In this document: in pieces, positions 27,811-37,416 of the stretch | How positions within the stretch are numbered: the first letter of the stretch is position 1 | Layout: each line of letters opens with the position of its first letter | NCBI GenBank assembly: GCA_964414105.1 | Contig: CAYPVF010000001.1 | Coordinates: 1-43,377, forward strand | Direction: 5' to 3' | Length of the DNA stretch: 43,377 nt | Origin: an uncultured Eubacteriales bacterium | GTDB taxonomy: Bacteria > Bacillota > Sulfobacillia > Fermentithermobacillales > Fermentithermobacillaceae | Position numbers and translations under genes: made by a program | The notes under the pieces: generated by a model | The model's input: the letters and a program-made list of their open reading frames with translations, nothing else | Databases searched by the model: none | What the model was told of the DNA's origin: nothing

Positions 27811-28950
27811 TTGCAGTATAGAAAATTCGGTCGGCACGATGTGCAGGTTTCCGCGTTGGGTTTCGGGATGATGCGCCTGCCAATCCTGGATGGCGACACG
27901 TCTAGAATAGATGAGGCGAAGACCCAGGAAATGATCGAGTACGCCATTGGTCAGGGTGTGAACTACTTCGACACCGCATATCCGTATCACCGCGAGCAAA
28001 GTGAAGTGATAACCGGCAAAGTCTTGAAAAACGGTTACCGTGACCGCGTGTATTTGGCTACAAAATGTCCAAGCTGGCTTATACAAACACATGACGATTA
28101 CGACAAATATTTGGACATACAGTTTCGCCGGCTTCAAACCGATTGTATCGACATGTACCTCATGCACAGTCTTGATAAAGACCGCTGGGATGGGTTGGTA
28201 AAGACAGATGTGTTCGGGTTCATGGATAAAGCCAAAGCCGACGGCAGGATAAGGTTCGCCGGGTTTTCTTTCCACGATGACATCGATACGTTCAAGAAAA
28301 TCGTAGACGCCTACGACTGGGATTTTTGCCAAATACAATACAACTATATGGATGAACAGTTTCAAGCGGGGACTGAGGGGCTGAAATACGCCCATGCTAA
28401 AGATATGGCTGTGATAGTGATGGAACCTTTGAGAGGCGGGACTTTGGCTCGAAGTGGTTTGCCCCAAGTCCAGGCAGTGTGGGACAAAGAAAATCCATCA
28501 AGAAAACCCGCGGAATGGGGCTTGCGCTGGGTATGGAATCATCCCGAGGTAAGCCTTCTTCTTAGCGGAATGGGAGAGATGTATCAGGTTGTGGAGAACG
28601 TGAACACAGCCAAGGACGCTTATCCTAACGCTCTTAGCCCAAAGGAGTTGGATATTTACGAGAGGGTAAAAGCCGTTTACCGCAGCCGCGTAAAAGTGGA
28701 TTGCACAGCCTGCGACTACTGCCAACCCTGCCCTCAAGGTATACGGATTCCTAACTGGTTCCAATCTTACAACACAGCAAGTATGTTCGATACTTTGGCT
28801 ACCTTTGGCCAATCCTACGAAAGGTTAAAAGGCGAATTGGGCAACCCGGCCATTTGCGCCGAGTGTGGACAGTGCGAAGCCGTATGCCCGCAGAGTCTGC
28901 AAATCATTGACCATCTGAAGGAGATAGTCAGAGCTCTTCGGGAAAACTAG
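27811..28950 (+). CDS. Aldo/keto reductase fused to a C-terminal 4Fe-4S ferredoxin-type domain
   Basis: LQYRKFG..., GVNYFDTAYPY and AKR blocks. C-terminal CTACDYCQPCP and CAECGQCEAVCP. The start is uncertain: TTG 27811 lies 9 nt after GGGAGAG, and the ORF-track start is 27790. Confidence 0.8.
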   Translation: MQYRKFGRHDVQVSALGFGMMRLPILDGDTSRIDEAKTQEMIEYAIGQGVNYFDTAYPYHREQSEVITGKVLKNGYRDRVYLATKCPSWLIQTHDDYDKYLDIQFRRLQTDCIDMYLMHSLDKDRWDGLVKTDVFGFMDKAKADGRIRFAGFSFHDDIDTFKKIVDAYDWDFCQIQYNYMDEQFQAGTEGLKYAHAKDMAVIVMEPLRGGTLARSGLPQVQAVWDKENPSRKPAEWGLRWVWNHPEVSLLLSGMGEMYQVVENVNTAKDAYPNALSPKELDIYERVKAVYRSRVKVDCTACDYCQPCPQGIRIPNWFQSYNTASMFDTLATFGQSYERLKGELGNPAICAECGQCEAVCPQSLQIIDHLKEIVRALREN

Positions 28951-29002
28951 AAGCACACGCACCTATTTTCGCGGACAGATGACACTGGGCGGAGGCTTAC
29001 AA

Positions 29003-29902
29003 ATGGAGAAGATACGGGTTTGTGTCGTAGGTTATGGAAACGTGGGAAAAGAAGCGGCAGTATGCGTCCGCCAGGCGCCCGACATGGAACTGGGTGGCGT
29101 AATTCATAGCCACCCCATACATCAAGATATCGGTTGCCCGGTGGGGTCTAAAATCACAGATCTGAAATCATTTGGCAAAGTGGATGCCGCGGTTTTGGCT
29201 GTTCCGTCTCGTATTGTACCCATTTTGGCCCCTTCCTATCTGGAACAAGGTATAAACACTGTGGATTGCTTTGATATCCACGGCGACGGGGTGCTGGGGC
29301 TCAGGACGAAATTAGGGAATTGTGCCGAGGCCAATAAAAGCGTTTCCATAATCTCGGCAGGCTGGGATCCCGGCACGGATTCTGTGATACGAATACTTTT
29401 CCAGGCCATGACCCCGCGGGGCTTAACCTACACGGACTACGGGCCGGGCATGAGCATGGGGCACACAGTGGCCGCCAAAGCCATACCCGGGGTAAAAGCC
29501 GCCCTTTCCATGACAATACCTAAAGGTTCCGGTCATCATCGCAGGGATGTTTACGTTGAGCTTGACGAGACCGCCGTTTTTTGCGATGTTTCCGAAGCAA
29601 TAAAAAGCGACCCGTATTTCGTCAACGATGAAACACACGTGACCCAGGTTCCGGATATTTCGGAGGTACGCTCCATGGGTCATGGCGTGTTTCTTTCGAG
29701 GCGCGGCAGTTCCGGTACAGCGCAAAATCAAAGGCTTGAGCTAAAGCTGAGTGTTGCGAACCCTTCTGTTACGGCCCAAATTATGGTCTCAGCCGTCAGG
29801 GCTTCGTTTAAGCTTTCGCCGGGGGCCTATACGCTTCCGGAGGTTCCGCCTATATACCTATTGCCCGGGGATGAGGACGATCTTATAAGGCGGCTGGTAT
29901 AA
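29003..29902 (+). CDS. ddh: meso-Diaminopimelate D-dehydrogenase
   Basis: IRVCVVGYGNVGK, SAGWDPGTDS, GPGMSMGHT and the C-terminal DDLIRRLV match the Ddh pattern. ATG 29003 lies 7 nt after GGCGGAGG. Confidence 0.85.
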   Translation: MEKIRVCVVGYGNVGKEAAVCVRQAPDMELGGVIHSHPIHQDIGCPVGSKITDLKSFGKVDAAVLAVPSRIVPILAPSYLEQGINTVDCFDIHGDGVLGLRTKLGNCAEANKSVSIISAGWDPGTDSVIRILFQAMTPRGLTYTDYGPGMSMGHTVAAKAIPGVKAALSMTIPKGSGHHRRDVYVELDETAVFCDVSEAIKSDPYFVNDETHVTQVPDISEVRSMGHGVFLSRRGSSGTAQNQRLELKLSVANPSVTAQIMVSAVRASFKLSPGAYTLPEVPPIYLLPGDEDDLIRRLV

Positions 29903-29914
29903 ACACCAGCTCGT

Positions 29915-30544
29915 CTAGCGGATTATGACTTTGGTTTCGGCCGGTATGTTGTCGTATATCCACTTTGCGTCTTCAACAGGAAGCCGGACACAACCGTGCG
30001 AAGCCGGGGTGCCAAGTTTGGCTTCCTCTTCGGGGATAATCTCTTGATTTTCATCCATAGCCACCGAATGGAAAAGGTAAATTCCCCAATCCCTGAAAGA
30101 AACCCAGTATTTTGCGCCTTGCTTGTAATTGTTGTTGAAAAACCATGTGCCCCTGTTTTGAATCTGAAACTCACCCAAGGGCGTTTCTTTTCCTTCAATT
30201 CCGGTGGAACAAATCATTTCTTTGAACGCTTCGCCGTCCTTAGATATTCTGACCAATTGCGAAGATATGTCTACTTCTATAAGGTAGGTGTCTTTTGAAA
30301 CAGAATCCTTCGGGTTTTCCTCAGTTTCTTCTGGGGGTTCTGTGATTTCGTTCGTGTCCGGCTGCAAATCTTGTTCCGGTTCTTCTTCCTCCAAGTTCTC
30401 ATCCAATATGTCGTCTTTTTCTGTCGGCGGGGTCTTGCGGAATGCCTCAAGGGATACGCCGAAAAAGTTCTCTCCCGTGCAAGCCACAAAAGTACCGCTT
30501 AGAATCAACAGAACCAAAGCTACTGCCATCGGTTTTCGCAACAT
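29915..30544 (-). CDS. L,D-transpeptidase (YkuD) family lipoprotein
   Basis: Signal/lipobox LILSGTFVAC, an acidic low-complexity linker, and the catalytic SHGCVRL motif. Confidence 0.85.
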   Translation of the reverse strand: MLRKPMAVALVLLILSGTFVACTGENFFGVSLEAFRKTPPTEKDDILDENLEEEEPEQDLQPDTNEITEPPEETEENPKDSVSKDTYLIEVDISSQLVRISKDGEAFKEMICSTGIEGKETPLGEFQIQNRGTWFFNNNYKQGAKYWVSFRDWGIYLFHSVAMDENQEIIPEEEAKLGTPASHGCVRLPVEDAKWIYDNIPAETKVIIR

Positions 30545-30610
30545 GGTGTACCCCCGGGGGTTATGTTAGGTTCAAGCTCCATTTTAGTGCATTTGCAGGA
30601 ACTTTGGAAC

Positions 30611-31099
30611 CTAATGCGGCCTTCCCGGCGGGCATTCAGACAAGAATCTTGCAAGCCAGGTGGGGTTTTCTTTGGCAAACTCAACAAAAATGGCAATTCT
30701 CTCTATAAACTCATGGCTGACTATGTGTTCTATCCGTTCTGTGTCTTTCAAGATATTTTCACGGATACCAAAGTACCTCATAAAAGTTTCCAGAAGCTTA
30801 TGTCTTTCCATAAGCTGGCCACCGACTTCAAGCCCCAGTTGTGTCAATTGAAGCACACCGTATTTTTCGTACAACACGTAGCCATCCTGGGCCAAACGTT
30901 GCGCCATCTTGGTGACAGAGGGCGGTTGCACATTTAAAGAAATCGCGAGGTCAACAAGCCTCACATAGGGCCTTTCCGCGCTTAGGCGAAAAATCATCTC
31001 CAGGTAATCTTCCATGCTAGGCGTCAACACTTGTCCGCCATTTGCCAAACTGTAACCCCTAAAAGTGCGGAACTCGCCTGGATCATTCAAGGTTATCAC
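30611..31099 (-). CDS. mntR: DtxR/MntR family metal-dependent transcriptional regulator
   Basis: PSMEDYLEMIFRL, SVTKMAQRLAQDGYVLYEKY, RHKLLETFM and IEHIVSHEF resemble MntR. The ORF has about 26 extra N-terminal residues, so the true start may be internal. Confidence 0.8.
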   Translation of the reverse strand: MITLNDPGEFRTFRGYSLANGGQVLTPSMEDYLEMIFRLSAERPYVRLVDLAISLNVQPPSVTKMAQRLAQDGYVLYEKYGVLQLTQLGLEVGGQLMERHKLLETFMRYFGIRENILKDTERIEHIVSHEFIERIAIFVEFAKENPTWLARFLSECPPGRPH

Positions 31100-31215
31100 C
31101 CCTGTTCTATCAGTAATCTATGCGTTTACAGCGGGAAATTGTCCTGGTTTCCCCATCACCCCGTCTTCGTGGTAGTATAAAGCTTAATCAGCGGGGTTTA
31201 AGGGGGAACAAAGCC

Positions 31216-33630
31216 ATGGGGAAGGAGTACAATCCTAAGGAAATTGAAAGTAAGTGGCAGCGTATCTGGGAAGAGCAAGGTGCTTTTCACGCGTCGCTGG
31301 ATAAAAGCAAGCCCAAATATTATGCGCTTATAGAATTTCCTTACCCTTCCGGTGACGGGTTGCACGTTGGACATCCAAGGAGCAATACCGCCATGGATAT
31401 TATAGCCAGGAAAAGGCGCCTGGAAGGTTATAACGTGTTGTACCCCATAGGATACGACGCCTTTGGGCTTCCCACCGAAAACTTCGCGATCAAAAACAAA
31501 ATTCATCCCAAAACGGTTACAGAAACAAATGTGGAACGCTTCAGAAACCAGCTTAAGTCTTTGGGGTTTTCTTTTGACTGGTCAAGGGAAATAAACACCA
31601 CCGACCCGGATTACTACAAGTGGACACAATGGATATTCTTAAAATTATACGAAAATGGCTTGGCGTATAAGGCTGAGATTCCTATTAACTGGTGCACTTC
31701 TTGCCGAATCGGTCTGGCTAATGAAGAAGTGGTTGGCGGCGTGTGCGAGCGCTGCGGGGGAACCGTGGTCCGCAAAGTCAAAAGCCAATGGATGCTCAAG
31801 ATAACTCAGTATGCTCAAAGACTTTTGGATGATCTGGACACCGTGGATTATGTGGAAAAAATCAAGGCTCAGCAAAGAAACTGGATTGGTAGATCTGAAG
31901 GCGCCGAGGTCGATTTCACCGTGACCGGGACAACCCACAATCTAAGGATTTTTACCACTAGGCCTGATACGCTTTTTGGAGCGACCTATATGGTTCTATC
32001 CCCCGAACATCCTATCTTGGATGAGATGAAAGGCAGCATCAGAAACTGGGGCGAGGTTATGGAATACCGGTGTGCGGCAGAGAAAAAATCCGATTTCGAG
32101 CGAACTGAGGAATTGAAAGAAAAGACAGGTGTGCCTGTTGTGGGTCTTTCGGCCACAAATCCCGCGACAGGAAAGGAAATTCCTGTGTGGATATCCGATT
32201 ACGTGCTCATGTCTTACGGTACCGGGGCGATAATGGCAGTTCCCGGCCACGACCAAAGAGACTGGGAATTTGCCGACACTTTTGGGTTGCCGATTGTGGA
32301 AGTGGTGGAGGGCGGGGACATAAAGAAAGAGGCCTACACCGATATAGGCTGTGGGATCATGGTGAACTCGGGGTTTCTAAACGGGCTTACTGTGTCAGAA
32401 GCTATAGAAACCATGATGACTTGGTTAGAACAAAACGGTCTCGGGGAGAGAAAAGTTAACTACAAGCTAAGGGACTGGGTGTTTTCCAGGCAGCGTTATT
32501 GGGGCGAACCTATCCCCATGGTAAAATGCTCCCATTGCGGTTGGGTTCCCGTTCCGGAGAAAGACCTGCCTGTAACACTTCCTGATGTAAAAGATTATGT
32601 GCCCAATGAACAAGGCGAGTCGCCTCTTGCTAACATAACCCAATGGGTAAACACCACTTGCCCAAGATGCGGGGGGCCCGCCAGAAGAGAAACTGATACC
32701 ATGCCCAACTGGGCGGGTTCATCGTGGTACTTCTTGCGATACGTTGACCCCCATAACGACACTAAACTGGCGTCTTTTGAGGACATCAAGTATTGGATGC
32801 CCGTGGACTGGTACAACGGCGGTATGGAACACACTACTTTGCACCTTTTGTACTCCAGGTTTTGGCACAAGTTTCTCTACGACATAGGCGCCGTCACTAC
32901 TTCGGAGCCGTATGTTAAAAGGACATCCCACGGTATGATTTTGGCTGAAAACGGCGAAAAGATGTCGAAATCCAGGGGTAATGTGGTAAATCCCGACGAT
33001 ATGGTGAGGGAGTTCGGCGCCGATAGTGTCCGACTGTATGAAATGTTCATAGGCGCTTTCGATCAAGCGATTCCCTGGTCTCAGCAGGGGCTCAAAGGAT
33101 GCAGGCGGTTTTTGGACAAAGTGTGGCGCCTACAAGATTTCACAGTGGAAGGCTGGCCCTATTCCAAACAATTTGAAGTCGCAATGCATTACACTGTGAA
33201 AAAAGTGTCGCAGGACTATGAGAGGATGAAGTTTAACACGGCTGTGTCAGCCATGATGGTTCTTGTTAACGAGCTTTCTTCGGCGGGAAGGGTCACCAAA
33301 GGCGAGCTGGGTACGTTGCTTTTGCTGTTGTACCCTGTGGCCCCCCATATAGCCCAAGAGATGTGGGAAAATGCCGGGCTTCCCGGTTTTTTGCACAAGC
33401 AAAGCTGGCCTGTGTGGGATGAGGACAAGACTGTGGAGGATATCGTGGAAATTGCGGTGCAGATAAACGGTAAACTCAGAGGCGTGGTTAAGGTACCCAA
33501 GGGCGCCGACGAAGAAACTGCCGCCGCCGCTGCCATGGAACATCAAGGGGTCGCCCGTTATCTTTTGGGTAAAAACATTGTAAAACACATTTATATAGCG
33601 GACCGCATGTACAGCATCGTGGCCAAATAA
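31216..33630 (+). CDS. leuS: Leucine--tRNA ligase
   Basis: HVGHP (HIGH) and KMSKS motifs with bacterial LeuS architecture. I moved the start to ATG 31216 ([15 protein letters not shown]), after AAGGGGGAA. Confidence 0.95.
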   Translation: MGKEYNPKEIESKWQRIWEEQGAFHASLDKSKPKYYALIEFPYPSGDGLHVGHPRSNTAMDIIARKRRLEGYNVLYPIGYDAFGLPTENFAIKNKIHPKTVTETNVERFRNQLKSLGFSFDWSREINTTDPDYYKWTQWIFLKLYENGLAYKAEIPINWCTSCRIGLANEEVVGGVCERCGGTVVRKVKSQWMLKITQYAQRLLDDLDTVDYVEKIKAQQRNWIGRSEGAEVDFTVTGTTHNLRIFTTRPDTLFGATYMVLSPEHPILDEMKGSIRNWGEVMEYRCAAEKKSDFERTEELKEKTGVPVVGLSATNPATGKEIPVWISDYVLMSYGTGAIMAVPGHDQRDWEFADTFGLPIVEVVEGGDIKKEAYTDIGCGIMVNSGFLNGLTVSEAIETMMTWLEQNGLGERKVNYKLRDWVFSRQRYWGEPIPMVKCSHCGWVPVPEKDLPVTLPDVKDYVPNEQGESPLANITQWVNTTCPRCGGPARRETDTMPNWAGSSWYFLRYVDPHNDTKLASFEDIKYWMPVDWYNGGMEHTTLHLLYSRFWHKFLYDIGAVTTSEPYVKRTSHGMILAENGEKMSKSRGNVVNPDDMVREFGADSVRLYEMFIGAFDQAIPWSQQGLKGCRRFLDKVWRLQDFTVEGWPYSKQFEVAMHYTVKKVSQDYERMKFNTAVSAMMVLVNELSSAGRVTKGELGTLLLLLYPVAPHIAQEMWENAGLPGFLHKQSWPVWDEDKTVEDIVEIAVQINGKLRGVVKVPKGADEETAAAAAMEHQGVARYLLGKNIVKHIYIADRMYSIVAK

Positions 33631-33701
33631 CCGATGTTGAAGTAGTACTCGGGGCTACTTCGGCAGGAACACGGTTTACGTGTGTCAAATACAAGTCTAA
33701 T

Positions 33702-33720
33702 ATAAGTATTGTATACTTAT
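33702..33720. promoter_or_regulatory. Perfect palindrome upstream of the GRE operon, a candidate operator
   Basis: ATAAGTAT-tgt-ATACTTAT (8-bp arms, 3-nt spacer), 27 nt upstream of the activase start. It overlaps the AT-rich -10-like hexamers TATAAG and TATACT. Confidence 0.3.
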
Positions 33721-33746
33721 CATGACACATGTTGGAGCGATGACCA

Positions 33747-34661
33747 TTGACGGTACCAACTATTACCGGAATGATTCTCAACATTCAAAAGTATTCTCTT
33801 CACGATGGTCCCGGCATCCGCACCACGGTCTTTCTTAAGGGGTGCCCCCTAAGCTGTTGGTGGTGCCACAACCCGGAAAGCCAGGCCACAGGCCCTGAAA
33901 TCATGTGCCTGCCATCTAGATGTTTAGGGTGCGGCACTTGTCAAACTGTCTGTCCCGAGGATGCTATATCCATGGTGGACGGCAAGGCCGTTATTGACCG
34001 TTCAAGATGTACAGTGTGCGGCGAGTGCGCCAGGGTATGCGGGGCGCAAGCCAAGGAAATTGTAGGCAAGGAACACTCTGTGGAAGAAGTTATGGCTGAA
34101 GTCATGAAAGATCGGATTTTCTACGACCAATCCAAGGGCGGTGTGACCTTTTCCGGGGGAGAGCCTTTGATGCAGCCCAGGTTCCTAAAAGAACTCTTGG
34201 TGCAAAGTAAAGACGAAGGTCTTGAAACCGTAGTGGATACTTCCGGTTTCGCTCCGTGGAAAGTTTTTGAGGATATTATCCCTTACACCGACCTGTTTTT
34301 GTACGACGTGAAAGTAATGGACGATGCTAAACATCAAAAGTATGTAGGGGCGTCCAACAAGCTGGTTCTGGCTAACCTTGAAAAGTTGGCAGCCGCCGGC
34401 AGTAAGATTCGGGCCAGAATTCCCATAATACCGGGAGTAAACGACGATACGCGCAATTTGCTCGAAACGGGTAAGTTCTTGGTCAAACATGGCATAAAGG
34501 ATGTCAACGTTTTGCCGTACCACAATATGGGAGCAGACAAATACACTAGGTTAGGCAAGGAGTATTTGCTCCCAGATCTCAAAGCTCCAACAGAAGAAAT
34601 GATGGAGAAAGTAGTCGAAACATTGGCTTCCCTGGGGCTTAACGTAAAAACGGGAGGGTGA
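33747..34661 (+). CDS. Glycyl-radical enzyme activating protein (radical SAM, with extra ferredoxin-like clusters)
   Basis: QKYSLHDGPGIRTTVFLKGCPLSCWWCHNPE (CxxxCxxC), plus CLGCGTCQTVCP and CTVCGECARVC. TTG 33747 lies 9 nt after GGAG; an alternative ATG is at 33771. Confidence 0.9.
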   Translation: MTVPTITGMILNIQKYSLHDGPGIRTTVFLKGCPLSCWWCHNPESQATGPEIMCLPSRCLGCGTCQTVCPEDAISMVDGKAVIDRSRCTVCGECARVCGAQAKEIVGKEHSVEEVMAEVMKDRIFYDQSKGGVTFSGGEPLMQPRFLKELLVQSKDEGLETVVDTSGFAPWKVFEDIIPYTDLFLYDVKVMDDAKHQKYVGASNKLVLANLEKLAAAGSKIRARIPIIPGVNDDTRNLLETGKFLVKHGIKDVNVLPYHNMGADKYTRLGKEYLLPDLKAPTEEMMEKVVETLASLGLNVKTGG

Positions 34662-34668
34662 GAATGAA

Positions 34669-37029
34669 TTGAGAGAAAGAATAGAAAAACTTCGAACTCT
34701 GAGTCTTGAAACTGTGCCGACTTTGTCAGTAGAGCGTGGAAGGCTTGTAACAGAAGCCTACAAGAAGTATGAAGGAACGGTTTCCACCCCTGTACTAAGA
34801 GCGCTCACATTTAAGCATCTCATGGAGCAAAAGACCATTTATATAGGCCCCGGTGAGTTAATTGTCGGTGAGAGAGGGCCCGGCCCAAAAGCGACCCCTA
34901 CCTATCCGGAGCTATGTTGCCACACGGTGGAGGACTTTGATGTTATCGACAAGCGGGAAAAAACATTTTTCAAGGTAAGCGATGAAGCAAAGAAAATTCA
35001 AGGCGACGAAATCATTCCTTACTGGGAACATAGGGCCATTCGAACCAAGCTGTTGGAGCATATGACAAAGGAATGGACCGATTGCTACGAGGCAGGAATT
35101 TTCACTGAGTTTATGGAGCAACGTGCGCCCGGCCATACTGTGGCCGACGACAAAGTGTACCATAATGGGTTTTTGGGCTTTAAAAAGGAAATCCAAAAAT
35201 CCATAGAATCTTTGGATTTTCATAGCGACAAAAGCGCTTTCGACAAAAAGGAACAGCTGAAAGCTATGTCCATATGTTGTGACGGAATAATAAGTTTCGG
35301 CAAGCGTCACGCCGAAAAGGCACTGCAATTGGCTGAAGAAACCACCGACCCTGTGCGAAAAGCTGAACTCTTGGAGATAGCGGAGGTCTGCAATCATGTT
35401 CCCGCTAATGCCCCCAGGAATTTCAGGGAAGCACTGCAGATGTATTGGTTCTTGCACTTGGGGGTTATAACCGAGCTCAACACTTGGGACTCTTTCAACC
35501 CGGGAAGGCTTGATCAGCATCTTTACCCGTTTTACAAAAAGGGTTTGGAAGACGGTACTTTAACCAAAGACGACGCTAAGGAATTGCTCCACGCTTTTTG
35601 GGTAAAGTTCAACAACCAACCTGCCCCCCCTAAGGTGGGGATTACTTTGGCTGAAAGCGGCACATACACAGATTTTGCCAACATTAACAGCGGCGGCCTG
35701 AAGAAAGACGGCTCTGACGGCGTTAACGACGTCACTTATTTGGTTTTGGAAGTTATCGACGAAATGCAGATTTTGCAGCCGAGTTCAAACATTCAGGTTA
35801 GCAAGAAGAATCCCGACAAGTTTGTACGAAAAGCTTGCGAGATAATTCGGCGCGGTTGGGGACAGCCGTCGGTGTTTAACGCGGATGCTGTCATAGAAGA
35901 AATGCTGTTGGCAGGTAAATCTGTGGAAGACGCGCGTATGGGCGGGACTAGCGGATGCGTAGAAACCGGCGCTTTTGGGAAAGAAAGCTATATCCTTACG
36001 GGGTATTTCAATCTTCCTAAAGTTCTGGAAATCACCATGCACAATGGTTACGACCCAAGGGTAGGGAAGCAGCTGGGTCTGAAGACTGGGGAAGTGACCA
36101 CGTTTACTTCTTTTGATGAGCTCATGGAAGCTTTCAAAAAGCAGCTTAAGCATTTTGTGGACATTAAGGTTAGAGGGAACAATGTAATAGAGAACTTGTA
36201 CGCCAAATACATGCCTTGTCCTTTCCTTTCTATTACTGTCAGTGACTGCATAAAAGACGGCACCGATTACAACGCGGGGGGCGCGCGGTACCATACCCGT
36301 TACATCCAAGGTGTGGGCATCGGGTCTATTACAGACAGTTTGGCGGCCCTAAAGCAGTACGTATACGAAGAAAAGTCCATTTCTATGGATAAATTTCTGA
36401 AAATCTTGGATGACGATTTCCAAGGCCATGAAGTGATTCGGCAGATGATGATGAATAAGGCTCACAAGTATGGAAACGATGACGACTACGCCGACGATAT
36501 CATGCGAGAAGTTTTCGACCTGTTCCACGACGAAGTTACCGGTAGAGAAACGCCCACTGGCGGCACTTACCGCATTGACATGTTGCCAACTACCTGCCAT
36601 GTGTACTTCGGTTCGGTGATTGGCGCTACTCCCGACGGCCGCAACGCGGGTGAACCGTTATCTGAGGGAATTTCACCTGTTCAGGGTAGGGATAGGTTTG
36701 GCCCGACTGCTGTTGTCAAATCGGCTTCGAAAATGGATCACACCAAAACCGGCGGTACCTTATTAAACCAGAAGTTTACTCCCAAACTTCTGGAAGGGCC
36801 TGAAGGTTTGGATGCTTTGGTGAACCTCATAAGAGGCTATTTCAAGCTAGGCGGCCACCATATTCAGTTTAACGTGGTAAGCGCCGATACTTTGCGAGAT
36901 GCTCAGGCGCATCCGGATAAGTACAGAGACCTCATCGTTAGAGTAGCGGGTTATTCCGATTATTTCTGTGACCTAACCCAGGCTCTTCAGGATGAGATCA
37001 TCGCGAGAACCGAACACCAATCGTTCTAG
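34669..37029 (+). CDS. hypD: Glycyl-radical enzyme, most likely trans-4-hydroxy-L-proline dehydratase
   Basis: 786 aa. Gly-radical motif RVAGYSDYF and Cys loop GGTSGCVETG. The N-terminal blocks (EAYKKYEG, VLRAL.FKH, FTEFMEQRAPGHTV, KFNNQPAPPKVGITL.ES.TYTDFANIN) match my recollection of Clostridioides difficile HypD, and the gene context is proline/hydroxyproline metabolism. TTG start 10 nt after GGGAGGG. Confidence 0.75.
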   Translation: MRERIEKLRTLSLETVPTLSVERGRLVTEAYKKYEGTVSTPVLRALTFKHLMEQKTIYIGPGELIVGERGPGPKATPTYPELCCHTVEDFDVIDKREKTFFKVSDEAKKIQGDEIIPYWEHRAIRTKLLEHMTKEWTDCYEAGIFTEFMEQRAPGHTVADDKVYHNGFLGFKKEIQKSIESLDFHSDKSAFDKKEQLKAMSICCDGIISFGKRHAEKALQLAEETTDPVRKAELLEIAEVCNHVPANAPRNFREALQMYWFLHLGVITELNTWDSFNPGRLDQHLYPFYKKGLEDGTLTKDDAKELLHAFWVKFNNQPAPPKVGITLAESGTYTDFANINSGGLKKDGSDGVNDVTYLVLEVIDEMQILQPSSNIQVSKKNPDKFVRKACEIIRRGWGQPSVFNADAVIEEMLLAGKSVEDARMGGTSGCVETGAFGKESYILTGYFNLPKVLEITMHNGYDPRVGKQLGLKTGEVTTFTSFDELMEAFKKQLKHFVDIKVRGNNVIENLYAKYMPCPFLSITVSDCIKDGTDYNAGGARYHTRYIQGVGIGSITDSLAALKQYVYEEKSISMDKFLKILDDDFQGHEVIRQMMMNKAHKYGNDDDYADDIMREVFDLFHDEVTGRETPTGGTYRIDMLPTTCHVYFGSVIGATPDGRNAGEPLSEGISPVQGRDRFGPTAVVKSASKMDHTKTGGTLLNQKFTPKLLEGPEGLDALVNLIRGYFKLGGHHIQFNVVSADTLRDAQAHPDKYRDLIVRVAGYSDYFCDLTQALQDEIIARTEHQSF

Positions 37030-37042
37030 AGTAGCCGTATCT

Positions 37043-37077
37043 AAAAGGCCGCGGGCAACACGCCCGCGGCCTTTTTT
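37043..37077. terminator. Bidirectional rho-independent terminator (hypD / ppnP convergent)
   Basis: aaaa-ggccgcgggc-aacac-gcccgcggcc-tttttt: a perfect 10-bp GC stem flanked by an A-run and a T-run. Confidence 0.85.
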
Positions 37078-37096
37078 GGGTTACCGATAATCGTTT

Positions 37097-37375
37097 TTAC
37101 TTGTAATAGCAGAGGTACACTACATCGTTGTCCAGTTCCAGGTCAAAAGACTTGTTCGGGGCCACTACGAATTTCTCGCCTTTACCGTAAACTTTCCAAG
37201 CATCCTCGCCGGGCAGTTTCACTTTCATAGAGCCTACTACAACGTTCATATGTTCCTCGGACGAGGTGGGAAACGTGTACTTTCCCGGTTCCATAACTCC
37301 TACAGTGGCGAAGCCTTCGTCGGTGTTTACTCCAAGACTTTGGACCTTTCCATCAAAATAAACACTGTGTTTCAT
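37097..37375 (-). CDS. ppnP: Pyrimidine/purine nucleoside phosphorylase PpnP (DUF1255 cupin)
   Basis: 92 aa. YFDGKVQSLG...GVMEPGKYTF.T...E.M.VV.G...V.LPG...W..Y..GE.F.V...SF.L.......YLC.Y parallels E. coli PpnP. Confidence 0.8.
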   Translation of the reverse strand: MKHSVYFDGKVQSLGVNTDEGFATVGVMEPGKYTFPTSSEEHMNVVVGSMKVKLPGEDAWKVYGKGEKFVVAPNKSFDLELDNDVVYLCYYK

Positions 37376-37416
37376 GATGAACCCTCCAGTCTCGCCGGTA
37401 ACCCGGCATTGTGTTG

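Noticed and set aside
27769-28467. 232-aa minus-strand ORF
   Set aside because: It is fully antisense to the well-supported aldo/keto reductase gene, and its His/Val-rich translation matches no family.
31100-31215. Possible T-box leader upstream of leuS
   Set aside because: Only about 115 nt are available, and I could not find a specifier loop, the T-box sequence or a terminator/antiterminator pair. The region probably holds only the divergent mntR/leuS promoters.
33638-33661. Hairpin gaagtag...ctacttc after leuS as a terminator
   Set aside because: The stem is only 7 bp and no T-run follows, so read-through into the GRE operon cannot be excluded. I did not list it as a feature.
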